Shown here one piece after another: positions 8,934 through 18,416 of a stretch of 64,000 nucleotides of DNA. Source of the DNA: an uncultured Verrucomicrobiae bacterium (GTDB taxonomy: Bacteria > Verrucomicrobiota > Verrucomicrobiia > Chthoniobacterales > UBA10450); assembly GCA_963815455.1 (NCBI GenBank), contig CAWFGO010000001.1:1408001-1472000 (forward strand). Direction: 5' to 3'. Numbering within the stretch: the stretch's first letter is position 1; each line of letters opens with the position of its first letter. The notes under the pieces are model-generated. The model had not been told where the DNA came from, did not search any database, and saw only the letters and a program-made list of their open reading frames with translations. Position numbers and translations under genes: made by a program.

Positions 8934-9821
8934 TCAGGAATATTTACCGCCGATCTCTGCGTTCAGCTTGATCACGTTTGTAAAGGACGGACCTATCGGC
9001 ACCTCAACGCCGCGTTGTTGCAGCGCCTCGATCACGCTTTCCGTGGGAATGTTTCCGATCAGCGAATCCTGCGCGAAGGGACAGCCGCCCAGACCGCCGA
9101 TGGCGGAATCGAACCGTCGGCAGCCGGCATCGTACGCCGCGAGAATTTTCCCCACGGCTTCGGCGCGCGTGCTGTGCAAATGCACGCCAATCTCACCGAT
9201 GTCGATCTTCGAGGACTGGACAACGCGCTTAATTAATTCAGGTCCGGCGAGGCCAACGGTATCGGCCAGGGAGATCGTTCGAATACCGTTCGCGGAAATT
9301 TTCTCAATTGCTCGGGTCAGTTCCGCTTCGCCCCAGGGGTCGCCGTAGGGATTGCCAAACGCCATCGAAACATAAACAACGATGGCGATGTTCGCGCGGT
9401 CGGCCTGCTTCTTGATCGCCTCCAAAACGCGAAAGTTATCTTCGAGCGATTGATTCTGATTACGGCGCAGAAACGTTTCCGAAATTGAGCAGGGATAACC
9501 GAGTGTTGAAACGCGCCCGGTGGCGATGGCGCGCTCGGCGCCTTTCTCGTTCACAACAATCCCAATAATCTCGACCGCGCCCTTTGTAGGGGAAGCTGAC
9601 AGCTTCCCTTCCGGCAGATCAAGCTGGGCCAGCACTTGTTCGCTATCCGCCATTTGCGGCACCGCCTTTGGCGAGACAAAGCTCACCGCATCGATGTGTT
9701 TAAATCCCGCACCGATGAGCCCGCGCAAATACTGGACTTTCAGCTCGGTCGGGATTTGTCGATGGAGTCCCTGCCAGGCATCGCGAGGGCATTCGATCAA
9801 TTTCACGGATTCGCCGGACAT
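8934..9821 (-). CDS. Hydroxymethylglutaryl-CoA lyase
   Basis: IECPRDAWQG, SFVSPKAVPQMAD, LADTVG, GVHLH, GGLGGCPFA, GNIPTE. Confidence 0.92.
   Translation of the reverse strand: MSGESVKLIECPRDAWQGLHRQIPTELKVQYLRGLIGAGFKHIDAVSFVSPKAVPQMADSEQVLAQLDLPEGKLSASPTKGAVEIIGIVVNEKGAERAIATGRVSTLGYPCSISETFLRRNQNQSLEDNFRVLEAIKKQADRANIAIVVYVSMAFGNPYGDPWGEAELTRAIEKISANGIRTISLADTVGLAGPELIKRVVQSSKIDIGEIGVHLHSTRAEAVGKILAAYDAGCRRFDSAIGGLGGCPFAQDSLIGNIPTESVIEALQQRGVEVPIGPSFTNVIKLNAEIGGKYS
9586..9608 (+). repeat. GTAG-REP hairpin inside HMG-CoA lyase CDS
   Basis: GTAGGGGAAGCTGACAGCTTCCC, translated on the minus strand as EGKLSASPT. Confidence 0.75.
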
Positions 9822-9875
9822 TTGGGCAACATGCGCGAAATGTGAAAAGCCGCGAATTTTCGGTAAAGGTGGACT

Positions 9876-11681
9876 GTGACCAAAGAGCAAATCGCTGGCG
9901 CGCTTCAGCAAATCGCGACGCTTTTGGAATTGAAGGATGAAAATCCGTTCAAGATTCGCGCCTATGCCAACGCCGCGCGTTCGATTGAAACTTTCGGCGG
10001 AAACCTCTCCGATTTGCAGGACGAGGAAGCGCTGGCCAAAATCCCGGGGATCGGCAAGGCGATCGCGGCCAAGATTGGCGAACTGGCCGCAACCGGCTCG
10101 CTAAAATATCTGGAGGAGCTTCGCGCGGATTTTCCGGCGGCGATTCTGGAATTGTTTTCCATCCCGGGGCTCGGCGCGAAGAAAATCAAAGCGCTTCATG
10201 AAAAGCTTCAGGTCAGCTCGATCGATCAGTTGCTGAAAGCATGCGAATCCGGCCGGGTGGCCGAGTTGCCTGGGTTTGGCGAAACCACCCAGCAAAAACT
10301 TTCCGATGCCATCGCCAAACGCACGGCGCACGCTGGCTCGTTTCAATTTGGCGAGGTTGCGGCCGAAGCGGAAACGCTGCGGACCGATCTGGCGGCGCAT
10401 CCCGACGCGCTGCATGTCGATGTTGCGGGAAGTTATCGACGCCGGAAGGAGATCGTGCGCGATCTCGACTTTATCGTGGCCACCAAAAAACCGGCTGCGA
10501 TCACGAAATTTTTTGCGGAGCATTCGCTGGTGGAATCGATCATTGCCCGGGGGCCCACGAAAACGAGCGTCCGCTTGCGATCCGGCATTCAGGCCGATCT
10601 CCGCGTGATTAGCGGAGCCGAGTATCCCTTTGCGCTCAATTATTTCACTGGCAGCAAGGAGCACAACATCGAAATGCGTAACCGCGCTCTCAAGCGCGGT
10701 TGGACATTGAACGAGTACCGGCTCGCTCCGTTGCCGCCCGATCCGAAAGTGCGAGCCGCACGGGCAGATAAAGCCGGAGGGGCGAAAAGCGGCGGACGGG
10801 AAGTCGGAAAATTAAAAATTCCAAAGATCCACGATGAAGCGGATCTCTATCGCGCGGTTAATCTCGATTTTGTTCCACCCGAGCTCCGCGAGAACTGTGG
10901 CGAGTTTGACGCCGCCGAAAAGCACGCGCTTCCGAAATTGATCGAGAAGGAAAATCTGCGCGGCACATTTCACTGCCATACCCTGGCCAGCGACGGGCAC
11001 GCTTCGTTGGAAGAAATGGCGGACGCAGCGCAGGAACTTGGCCTGGAATATTTGGGTATCGCCGATCACAGCCGCAGCTCGATTCAGGCGCACGGGATCG
11101 ACGAAGCGAAACTGCGAGCGCAGGTCGCCGCGATTCGCAAGCTCAACAAGAAATTCGATGGGTTTCGCCTATTCGCAGGGGTCGAGTGCGACATTCTGCG
11201 GGACGGCGCGCTCGATTTTCCGGATGAAGTTTTGGCGCTACTGGATTACGTCGTCGTTTCCGTTCATTCCGTTTTCAATCTGAGCGAAGCGGACATGACC
11301 AAGCGCGTAATTCGTGCCATAGAGAATCCATTCGTCACCATGCTGGCGCATCCGACCGGGCGATTGCTTTTGAAGCGCGAGGCGTATCAGATCGATATCC
11401 CGGCCGTTCTCGATGCAGCGGCGCGTACCGGCACATGGATCGAACTGAACGCGGCGCCCAAGCGGCTCGATCTCGACTGGCGCTGGTGGCCCCTGGCCAA
11501 ACAAAAAGGAGTCAAATGCGTGATCAATCCGGATGCTCATCGCACGGAGCGGTTACAGGATCTTTGGTACGGCATTGGCATTGCCCGAAAAGGCTGGTTA
11601 ACAAAAACGGATGTGGTGAACTGCCTGCCCCTGGCGAAGATCGAGAAGGCGCTGCGGGCGAAGCGGACAGCGATGATGTAG
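9876..11681 (+). CDS. polX: DNA polymerase X / PHP 3'-5' exonuclease
   Basis: ENPFKIRAY, HhH IPGIGK, AGSYRR..VRDLD, YFTGSKEHN, PHP HCHT..SDG, DH, AHPTGR, DAH. Confidence 0.95.
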   Translation: MTKEQIAGALQQIATLLELKDENPFKIRAYANAARSIETFGGNLSDLQDEEALAKIPGIGKAIAAKIGELAATGSLKYLEELRADFPAAILELFSIPGLGAKKIKALHEKLQVSSIDQLLKACESGRVAELPGFGETTQQKLSDAIAKRTAHAGSFQFGEVAAEAETLRTDLAAHPDALHVDVAGSYRRRKEIVRDLDFIVATKKPAAITKFFAEHSLVESIIARGPTKTSVRLRSGIQADLRVISGAEYPFALNYFTGSKEHNIEMRNRALKRGWTLNEYRLAPLPPDPKVRAARADKAGGAKSGGREVGKLKIPKIHDEADLYRAVNLDFVPPELRENCGEFDAAEKHALPKLIEKENLRGTFHCHTLASDGHASLEEMADAAQELGLEYLGIADHSRSSIQAHGIDEAKLRAQVAAIRKLNKKFDGFRLFAGVECDILRDGALDFPDEVLALLDYVVVSVHSVFNLSEADMTKRVIRAIENPFVTMLAHPTGRLLLKREAYQIDIPAVLDAAARTGTWIELNAAPKRLDLDWRWWPLAKQKGVKCVINPDAHRTERLQDLWYGIGIARKGWLTKTDVVNCLPLAKIEKALRAKRTAMM

Positions 11682-11756
11682 CCGCCTCGCTGTGTCGAGG
11701 CGTATGCGTGGCATGGGCTTCCAGCCCATGTCCCATCGGCAGGATGCCGATGCTAC
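11678..11756. repeat. GTAG...CTAC REP cluster between convergent polX and antiporter
   Basis: GTAGCCGCCTCGCTGTGTCGAGGCG; GTGGCATGGGCTTCCAGCCCATG; CATCGGCAGGATGCCGATGCTAC. Confidence 0.8.
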
Positions 11757-11760
11757 GGTC

Positions 11761-13323
11761 TCACCCGCCCAGGCGGGTCTCGGCCAGATCGAGATCGCGC
11801 TGGATCCGGCGCAGCGCGTCGTCGTTTATGACCCGCTCATTGCGAAGGCGGATAATGGTCTGGCGCTCCACATCGAGCGCCCGTTGCTGAAGCCGTTGAA
11901 ATTGCGGAGTCGCGATCTCGCCCCGGCATTCCTCGGGCTTATCCGCGCACAACTCGAGTTGTTGCATCCGCTCGTCGTACTCCACGCGCAATCGTTGCAC
12001 GGCATCGACGGCGAATTCCCCCTTCACCGAGAGCTGTTCGATCAAAGCAATAGCGGCTTTGTTTGCTTCCACCCGCGCCGTTCGCTCCTCTTCATCGGTC
12101 GCACCGTCGCCGCGAATTCGTAGTTTTCGAATCACGAAGGGCAGGGTGAGTCCTTGAAACACCAGCGTAGTGAGAATGACGCAGAAGGTGAGAAACAAAA
12201 TGTAGTTCCGGCCGGGAAACGCGAACGGCAACGCGAATGCCGCTGCCAGCGAAACGACGCCACGCATGCCTGCCCAGGCCACCACAGCGACGCTCTGCCA
12301 TTCGGGGAACGGCTCGCGGGCCCGGATTTTCTTGCTGAGCAAGAACGGCAAATACCCGCCCGGAAACACCCAGGCAATTCGAACGAGCACAACTGCTGCG
12401 CTAACCAGCAGTGCATTCTCGATGGGCGAAAAGAGCGACTCGCGCTTCAGCGAGTGCAGGATTTCAGGCAGCTGCAATCCGATTGTGATGAACACAAAGC
12501 CGTTGATGAGAAACACCACGATCTCCCAGAACGCGAATGCCTGGAGACGATACCGCGCTTTCACGATGAGCGGCGAATGCCAGCCGAGATAAATCCCGGA
12601 CGTCACCACGGCAAGGACCCCGGAAACATGCAAGCGCTCTGCGGGCAGATAGGCCAGAAACGGTGTGAGCAACGAAACGGTAATTTGCACCGGCGGATCG
12701 TCCAAGTGCCGATGCACCCAGCGAATGGCCAGGCCGACCAGCCAGCCAAAGCCAATCCCGCCTGCCGCGACCCAAACAAAACGCAAGCCGGCCTGCCCTA
12801 ACGAGAAACTTCCAGTCACTACCGCGGCAACCGCAAATTGGAGCGCCACCAGCGCGGTCGCGTCGTTCACCAGGCTTTCCCCTTCCAAAATGATTTGGAT
12901 CCGATGCGGGACCGGGAGCCGCCGAATAATACTCGTCGCCGCGATCGCATCCGGCGGAGAAACAATCGCGCCCAGGGCAAAGGCCGAAGCCCACGGCAAC
13001 CACGGAATGAGCGAGTGCGCCACCCAGGCAACGACGACCATCGTGAACAAGACCAGACCGATCGCGAGCAGTAGAATCGAGCGCAAATTTCGCCGGAAAT
13101 CGCGCCAGGAGGTGAACAAAGCTGCTGGATAAAGAATTGGCGGCAAGAAGAAGAAGAAAACAATGTTCGGATCGAGTTTCACTCCCGGCAGGCGCGGAAT
13201 GAAACTCAAGACCAGGCCGACCAGGACGAGCACGACCGGATACGGCAGGGCAAGTTTCCGCGCGAACAGGACCGACGCCGAGACGATCGCGAAGAGAAGA
13301 ACGATGATTTCTGACTGGTGCAT
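11761..13323 (-). CDS. Na+/H+ antiporter, CPA1 family (NhaP/YjcE-like)
   Basis: GAIVSPPDAIA, LEGESLVNDATAL, HVSGVLAVV, AGMRGVVSLAAA, QGLTLP. Confidence 0.93.
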   Translation of the reverse strand: MHQSEIIVLLFAIVSASVLFARKLALPYPVVLVLVGLVLSFIPRLPGVKLDPNIVFFFFLPPILYPAALFTSWRDFRRNLRSILLLAIGLVLFTMVVVAWVAHSLIPWLPWASAFALGAIVSPPDAIAATSIIRRLPVPHRIQIILEGESLVNDATALVALQFAVAAVVTGSFSLGQAGLRFVWVAAGGIGFGWLVGLAIRWVHRHLDDPPVQITVSLLTPFLAYLPAERLHVSGVLAVVTSGIYLGWHSPLIVKARYRLQAFAFWEIVVFLINGFVFITIGLQLPEILHSLKRESLFSPIENALLVSAAVVLVRIAWVFPGGYLPFLLSKKIRAREPFPEWQSVAVVAWAGMRGVVSLAAAFALPFAFPGRNYILFLTFCVILTTLVFQGLTLPFVIRKLRIRGDGATDEEERTARVEANKAAIALIEQLSVKGEFAVDAVQRLRVEYDERMQQLELCADKPEECRGEIATPQFQRLQQRALDVERQTIIRLRNERVINDDALRRIQRDLDLAETRLGG

Positions 13324-13343
13324 CGTTAATTCGAAAAGCAGTT

Positions 13344-13372
13344 AACCACGAATGAACACGAATTGACACGAA
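13344..13372 (+). repeat. ACCACGAAT-GAACACGAAT-type short tandem repeat
   Basis: AACCACGAATGAACACGAATTGACACGAA; sister copy at 16228-16258. Confidence 0.7.
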
Positions 13373-13398
13373 AGGAATGCGTCCAAGACTTCCGCGCT

Positions 13399-13471
13399 GT
13401 AGCCGAGGGCGTTGACCTCGGCCGCTGCGGCGAGAATAACTCAAATAGCCGCGGTCAGCGGCCGCGGCTAC
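13399..13471. repeat. GTAG...CTAC REP doublet
   Basis: GTAGCCGAGGGCGTTGACCTCGG ... CCGCGGTCAGCGGCCGCGGCTAC. Confidence 0.85.
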
Positions 13472-13828
13472 AGCTTTGGCCTTCGCCCGGTTTGCCTGTA
13501 GTTCCGCTAGATGTTTCTCGGACCAGCGGCAAAGCCCCTGCAGCGGCTCGATCAATGTCCGACCGAGCCGGGTCAGGGAATACTCCACTTTCGGCGGCAC
13601 GACCGGATACACTTTGCGTTCGACGAGACCGTCACGCTCGAGACTGCGCAACGTCTGCGTCAGCATTTTTTGCGAAATGCCGCCGATCTCCCGCTGCAGC
13701 TCGGCGTAACGCATCGTGCCGCCGGCCAGAATTTGAATCACCAACGCCGTCCATTTGTCTGCGATCCGATCCAGCACGAGGCGGGAAGGACACTGCGGCT
13801 CTAGAACAGAAGGCGGAGATTTGCCCAT
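13468..13828 (-). CDS. HxlR family winged-helix transcriptional regulator (3' end uncertain)
   Basis: CPSRLVLDRIADKWTALVI, GISQKMLTQTLRSLERDGLV, VPPKVEYSLTRLG; no in-frame stop; an out-of-frame TAG lies in the adjacent REP. Confidence 0.88.
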
Positions 13829-14006
13829 GGCCCTTCCTATCTTAAGTCCAACTGGCACGCAACATCCCAATTGGTGCGTATAGGCAAGATCGACATGTAG
13901 TTGACGCTCGATTCGGTTGATCCGAAATTCGAGAAATGCCAACCATGACTTTCCCAAACGAAGAGCCTGTGGCTCTCGATTTTCTATCGCCGGCCCGCAG
14001 GTAAGT

Positions 14007-14068
14007 GTAGGGGCGGGAGTGTCGCCCGCAAATTCGAATATTCTCGCGGCCGGCAAGGCCGCCTCTAC
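14007..14068. repeat. GTAG...CTAC REP doublet
   Basis: GTAGGGGCGGGAGTGTCGCCCGC ... GCGGCCGGCAAGGCCGCCTCTAC. Confidence 0.75.
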
Positions 14069-14085
14069 AGTAAAACCAGCGTGCA

Positions 14086-14235
14086 ATGAAGGTTCTCATC
14101 ATAGGTTCGGGCGGCCGCGAACATCCGCCACCGCGAGGCTACGGCGGGACAGGCGCGCTGGCTTTGAAATTGAAGGATCGGCAAGGGGCGATCGAATTTT
14201 TTGCCGGACAATGTGCTCTTGCCTGGCACTCCTAA
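14086..14235 (+). pseudogene. purD: Duplicated purD 5' fragment carrying a 30-nt insertion
   Basis: MKVLIIGSGGREH[PPPRGYGGTG]ALALKLK...*; parallels the real purD start at 14974. Confidence 0.8.
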
Positions 14236-14247
14236 AGCTTGCAGAAT

Positions 14248-14715
14248 ATGAGCATGCCGGTATTTGACGAACTCCCGTTGGAGCGCGCCTCCGAACGCGC
14301 ACTGCGGAACGAGTGGCAGCGGCTGGAGCGCTATTTGGAGCACCATAAACTGTCGCCGTTAGAGGGCTGGAAGCGTATCTATGAAGAATGGCGAGCGGCC
14401 TATGAATATTTTCGGGCGATAGAACAGCAGACACTTTATGCCCCGACCGAGGATGAGAATCCAATCACGCCAGATGCTGAATCCCTTCATTTTCACGGCA
14501 AGCTGCTGCGCCTCCTCCTCGAATCCGGGGAGGACTGGTTCAATTTCTTGATGACTCTAACGCTCGATGAATCTGAAGAGATGGAGCGGATGGAGTACAA
14601 TTCTCGCCTCTACACGCTTCTGGATGCCTTGAAGGAGTCCTTGATTCTTTGGCACTCGGCGGAACCGGCCAGCGGCCGGGATATCAGACGGCTTTTTTCA
14701 AACGCTGCCGGATAA
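14248..14715 (+). CDS. Hypothetical protein (acidic, helical, ~155 aa)
   Basis: Clean ORF with protein-like composition; 9 nt from the next ORF. Confidence 0.65.
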   Translation: MSMPVFDELPLERASERALRNEWQRLERYLEHHKLSPLEGWKRIYEEWRAAYEYFRAIEQQTLYAPTEDENPITPDAESLHFHGKLLRLLLESGEDWFNFLMTLTLDESEEMERMEYNSRLYTLLDALKESLILWHSAEPASGRDIRRLFSNAAG

Positions 14716-14724
14716 GAACGGCGC

Positions 14725-14958
14725 GTGTCACTCGGTCCTAAATTAGAGGAAATCTTCGCGGCGTGGTACGAGTTTGACCACGCGCCAGACGAACAAACGA
14801 AGGGGTTGCGCCGTGCGCACAGAGACACGCTGATTCGTTCTGCCTTGCTCCCTCATGATCTGAGAATTATCGATTTCTTGCGCACGTATCGCGACGATTA
14901 TAGAAAATGGATCATCGATTCGAAGCTGGATGCGCGGTTTCGAAGACGGCGATACTAG
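14725..14958 (+). CDS. Hypothetical protein (77 aa)
   Basis: GTG start, tightly spaced between the upstream ORF and purD. Confidence 0.55.
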   Translation: MSLGPKLEEIFAAWYEFDHAPDEQTKGLRRAHRDTLIRSALLPHDLRIIDFLRTYRDDYRKWIIDSKLDARFRRRRY

Positions 14959-14973
14959 TGAATTGCTTATGCT

Positions 14974-16249
14974 GTGAAGATTCTTGTAATCGGAAGCGGT
15001 GGCCGCGAGCATGCGCTGGCTTGGAAATTGAAACAATCGGCACGCGTCGATCGGAATTTTTTGCGCGCCCGGCAATGCGGGAACGGCGTTGATCGGCGAC
15101 AACGTTGAAATCAAGGTTAGCGACCTGCCTGCGCTGGTTCGGTTTGCGAAAGAGAACAATGTCGACCTGACGGTGGTCGGGCCGGACGATCCGCTGGCGG
15201 CTGGGATTGTCGATCTTTTCACTGCTGAGAAACTGCGCGTGTTCGGGCCTACCAAATCGGCTGCGCGGCTCGAGTCGTCGAAGATTTTCGCCAAGGAGCT
15301 GATGCGTGCGCAAAACATTCCGACTGCGCAGGCGGGAACGTTTTCAAATAGCGACGACGCGCTGCGATATTGCGAGCGACTTCAGTTTCCGGTGGTGATC
15401 AAGGCGGACGGCCTCGCACTCGGCAAGGGTGTGATCATTGCGTCCGACGCCGCGGCGGCAGGATCGACAATCGATGAGATGATGAATCAAGGACGGTTTG
15501 GCGAAGCGGGCCGGAATATTGTGATCGAGGAATTTTTGCGCGGTTCGGAGTGTTCATTGCACGCGTTGGTCGATGGTGGGAATTATCTGATGCTGGAAAC
15601 GGCTCGCGATCACAAACGCGCTTTTGATGGCGACAAGGGCCCGAACACCGGCGGTATGGGCGCGTTTAGTCCGGCTAATAATTGGAGCGCCGAACTTCAA
15701 AAGCAGTTCGATCAGAAAATTATGCGCCCGCTGCTCGATGGGTTGCGCGAACAGGGAATCGCATTTCGCGGGCTGCTTTTTCCGGGGCTCATGATCACCG
15801 ACACCGGCGCGCGCGTGCTTGAATTCAATTGCCGGTTTGGCGATCCGGAGACGCAGGCCATTTTGCCGAGAATGAAATCGGATTTGCTGCCGCTGCTCGA
15901 AGCGACGATCGACAAGAAGATCGACAAGTGCGCAATCGAATGGGACCCGCGCCCGTCGGTCACGGTCGTGCTCGCTTCGGGTGGTTACCCGGACAAATAC
16001 GAAACGGGCAAACCGATCTCGGGCCTGGATGAAGCGGCAAAGCTTGATGACGTCCAAATCTTTCACGCCGGAACGCGGCGCGCGAATGGCGGCATTGTGA
16101 CTGCCGGCGGGCGAGTGCTTGCGGTCACGGCGTTAGGATCGACAATCGACGCGGCTCGGACTCGGGCATACGAAGCGGCTTCACAAATTCATTTCGAGGG
16201 TTGTCGTTTCCGGCGCGATATTGCTGCAACCACGAATGTACACGAATAG
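14974..16249 (+). CDS. purD: Phosphoribosylamine--glycine ligase (1-nt frameshift near 15055)
   Basis: MKILVIGSGGREHALAWKL then (shift) FCAPGNAG; VIKADGLALGKGV, GPNTGGMGA, EFNCRFGDPETQ, GGRVL. Confidence 0.95.
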
Positions 16250-16258
16250 ACACGAATT
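16228..16258 (+). repeat. ACCACGAAT-type short tandem repeat forming the purD C-terminus and stop
   Basis: AACCACGAATGTACACGAATAGACACGAAT. Confidence 0.7.
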
Positions 16259-16294
16259 TGGGAGCGTGCGGACATTGTGCCCGAGGCGTGCGTT

Positions 16295-16368
16295 GTAGCG
16301 TCCGCTGTCCCCATCGGATTGTGCGTAATCGCCGGGCGCGTTGATGCGCTGAGGACAGCGCACGCTAC
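16295..16368. repeat. GTAG...CTAC REP doublet
   Basis: GTAGCGTCCGCTGTCCCCATCGGA ... TGCGCTGAGGACAGCGCACGCTAC. Confidence 0.75.
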
Positions 16369-16427
16369 AGCCAAAAGAGGATCGGCCGATTGAGCGAATG
16401 TGAAATGCGGGTAAGATCGACTTGGCG

Positions 16428-17558
16428 ATGTTCCGCTCCACCTGGCCGGCGTTGATCGGCGTCTTGATAACGGCGAGTAGCTTCGCGCAATCGCCTTCTC
16501 CGCCTCCGGCGTCGCCGAATCGGCCGCCCACGCCCACGAAATCGAGCCCGCCCCCTGCGCCGTCGCCCTCGGCCACGCCGACGACGAACGAACTGATTAA
16601 CTTGTTAAGCCAGACTGATCTTCAGGCAATCATCGCGCTGTTGAAGAGCAATTTCACAAACCCGGAGGCGCTTGGCGAAGTGGAATTGAATCGCGCAACG
16701 GTCCAGGGCTTGATCGATCGGCTGTCGCGCGGCGTAATGCTTTTGCCGGGCCCGAAAAGCGTGCAGTCAGAACCGGCGGCGCCGTTCTACAGCGAAATCA
16801 TGGAGGGACACATCGGTTACTTGCGCCTTGGCACGCTTAACGCCGCCAATCTTCAGTCGATGGACAAGGCTCTCGCCACGTTTGCTTCCAAGAAAGTGGA
16901 CGCGCTTATTGTCGATCTTCGCGCCAGTGGACCGGCTAACGATTTCCCAGTAGCGGCTGATTTTGCGAAACGTTTCTGCCCGAAAGGCAAACCGCTCTTT
17001 GGATTACGTAAACCGGCAGCGCGGCAGAATCGCGTCTTCACATCCGACCGTGATCCGACGTTTCAAGGCTTGATCACGATATTAACTGATGGTGAGACCG
17101 CTGGCGGGGCCGAAGCGCTGGCCGGCGCGCTGCGGACCTACGACAAAGCGATGATTATCGGCCAGCCGACCGCCGGTCGCGCGGTTGAGTATTCGGACCT
17201 GCCTTTGCCGAGCGGCGCAATCTTGCGCGTGGCGGTGGCCGAAGCGGCGTTGCCGCAGGGCCAGGCGTTGTTTCCCGGCGGCATAAAGCCGGATTTGCCG
17301 GTGGAGATGTCGATGGTGGACAAGCGGCAGATTTTTCAACGAAGCGCCGAAAAGGGAATGGGACAATTCGTTTACGAAACAGAACGGCCGCACATGAACG
17401 AGGCCGCGCTTCTCGCGGGGACAAACCCTGAGGTGGATGCGGCCGAGGCAGCACAACGGCGTCGCGAGCGGGGTCCGGAGAAACCGGCCATGCATGACGT
17501 GGTATTGCAACGCGCGCTCGATCTGGTCACCTCGCTCGAGATTTACGAGAAGCGGTAG
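16428..17558 (+). CDS. Exported S41 (CtpA-like) peptidase homolog, catalytic residues apparently lost
   Basis: Signal peptide and Pro-rich linker; IGYLRL, LIVDLR, TAGGAEALAG, IIGQPTAGR, GIKPDL, DVVLQRAL. Confidence 0.8.
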   Translation: MFRSTWPALIGVLITASSFAQSPSPPPASPNRPPTPTKSSPPPAPSPSATPTTNELINLLSQTDLQAIIALLKSNFTNPEALGEVELNRATVQGLIDRLSRGVMLLPGPKSVQSEPAAPFYSEIMEGHIGYLRLGTLNAANLQSMDKALATFASKKVDALIVDLRASGPANDFPVAADFAKRFCPKGKPLFGLRKPAARQNRVFTSDRDPTFQGLITILTDGETAGGAEALAGALRTYDKAMIIGQPTAGRAVEYSDLPLPSGAILRVAVAEAALPQGQALFPGGIKPDLPVEMSMVDKRQIFQRSAEKGMGQFVYETERPHMNEAALLAGTNPEVDAAEAAQRRRERGPEKPAMHDVVLQRALDLVTSLEIYEKR

Positions 17559-17577
17559 TTGCGCGTAATCGGCTTTC

Positions 17578-17711
17578 GGGGAGCACAGGCCGCTGGCCTG
17601 TAGTTCGCGGCAGCTTGCCGCGAACATGTTGCGCGAACTCGAGTCGTTGGCATTGCGTAAATGCATTCGGCGCAGCGGCCGAATGCTGCAGGCTGGTAGC
17701 CTGCGCTCCCC
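17578..17711. repeat. GGAG-type REP doublet between convergent genes
   Basis: GGGGAGCACAGGCCGCTGGCCTGT...GCAGGCTGGTAGCCTGCGCTCCCC; same ends as 3602-3744. Confidence 0.88.
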
Positions 17712-17720
17712 AGAATCGTG

Positions 17721-18416
17721 TTATGCCGCCTTCGGCATTAATGCCAGCACGCGCGCTTTTTTCGCGCCGTAGTCCAGAGAGCGAAAAACGCGGATCTCTT
17801 CGAGGCGGCGCATTCCGTTTAGGGTGTCGAGATAACGCGTGTAGCTCGAAGCGAGCTCGGTCGTTTCGAGATAGCGGCCGCGCAAATTGGCGTCGCGAAA
17901 TGCATCCGGGCAACTTCTGGCGAAGAGATGAAAGCGCAGCCAGCGGCGATCGGTTCTTGAAACGCGCTGCGTTTTACGGAAGAAGGCGACGAACAACAAC
18001 AGCACGAGATAGGTGTCCACCTGGGCCTGAAGCTCGAGGTTGCGTGCAAAATCTTCGGAAGCGATTTCGCGCGCGCCGCTCTTAAATTGAAGCGCGGCAT
18101 GAAGCGCGTGATTGATCTCTTCCACGAACATGATCAGGGAGCGAATATTGCGATCGGTCAGACCGGCCCGCGGATCATGACGCTCGAGCTGTTCGATTAA
18201 CCAGCGCGAATAATAAATCCCGACGTAAAGCCGGTCGCCGGTCCGGCGGAGAAAAGTGCGAGCCAGCTCGCTGAGCTCGCGAGCGGATCGTCCGGCGAGG
18301 ATCGACAACTGCGCGGAACGGTGCCGATCGATCAGGCAATCTTCGAGATTGATTCCAACCTGCGCGTAAGTGCGCTCGAACAACTTCTGGATTTGGCTGA
18401 ACAGGGTCTCGTTCAT
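17721..18416 (-). CDS. Hypothetical protein with zincin-like motif variant
   Basis: FVEEINHALH...NLELQAQVD; start overlaps the upstream gene's stop. Confidence 0.7.
   Translation of the reverse strand: MNETLFSQIQKLFERTYAQVGINLEDCLIDRHRSAQLSILAGRSARELSELARTFLRRTGDRLYVGIYYSRWLIEQLERHDPRAGLTDRNIRSLIMFVEEINHALHAALQFKSGAREIASEDFARNLELQAQVDTYLVLLLFVAFFRKTQRVSRTDRRWLRFHLFARSCPDAFRDANLRGRYLETTELASSYTRYLDTLNGMRRLEEIRVFRSLDYGAKKARVLALMPKAA

Noticed and set aside
12464..14086. 540-aa ORF as one protein
   Set aside because: Only 13828 to ~13475 is HxlR-like. The rest is read-through over repeats and an alternative frame of the antiporter.
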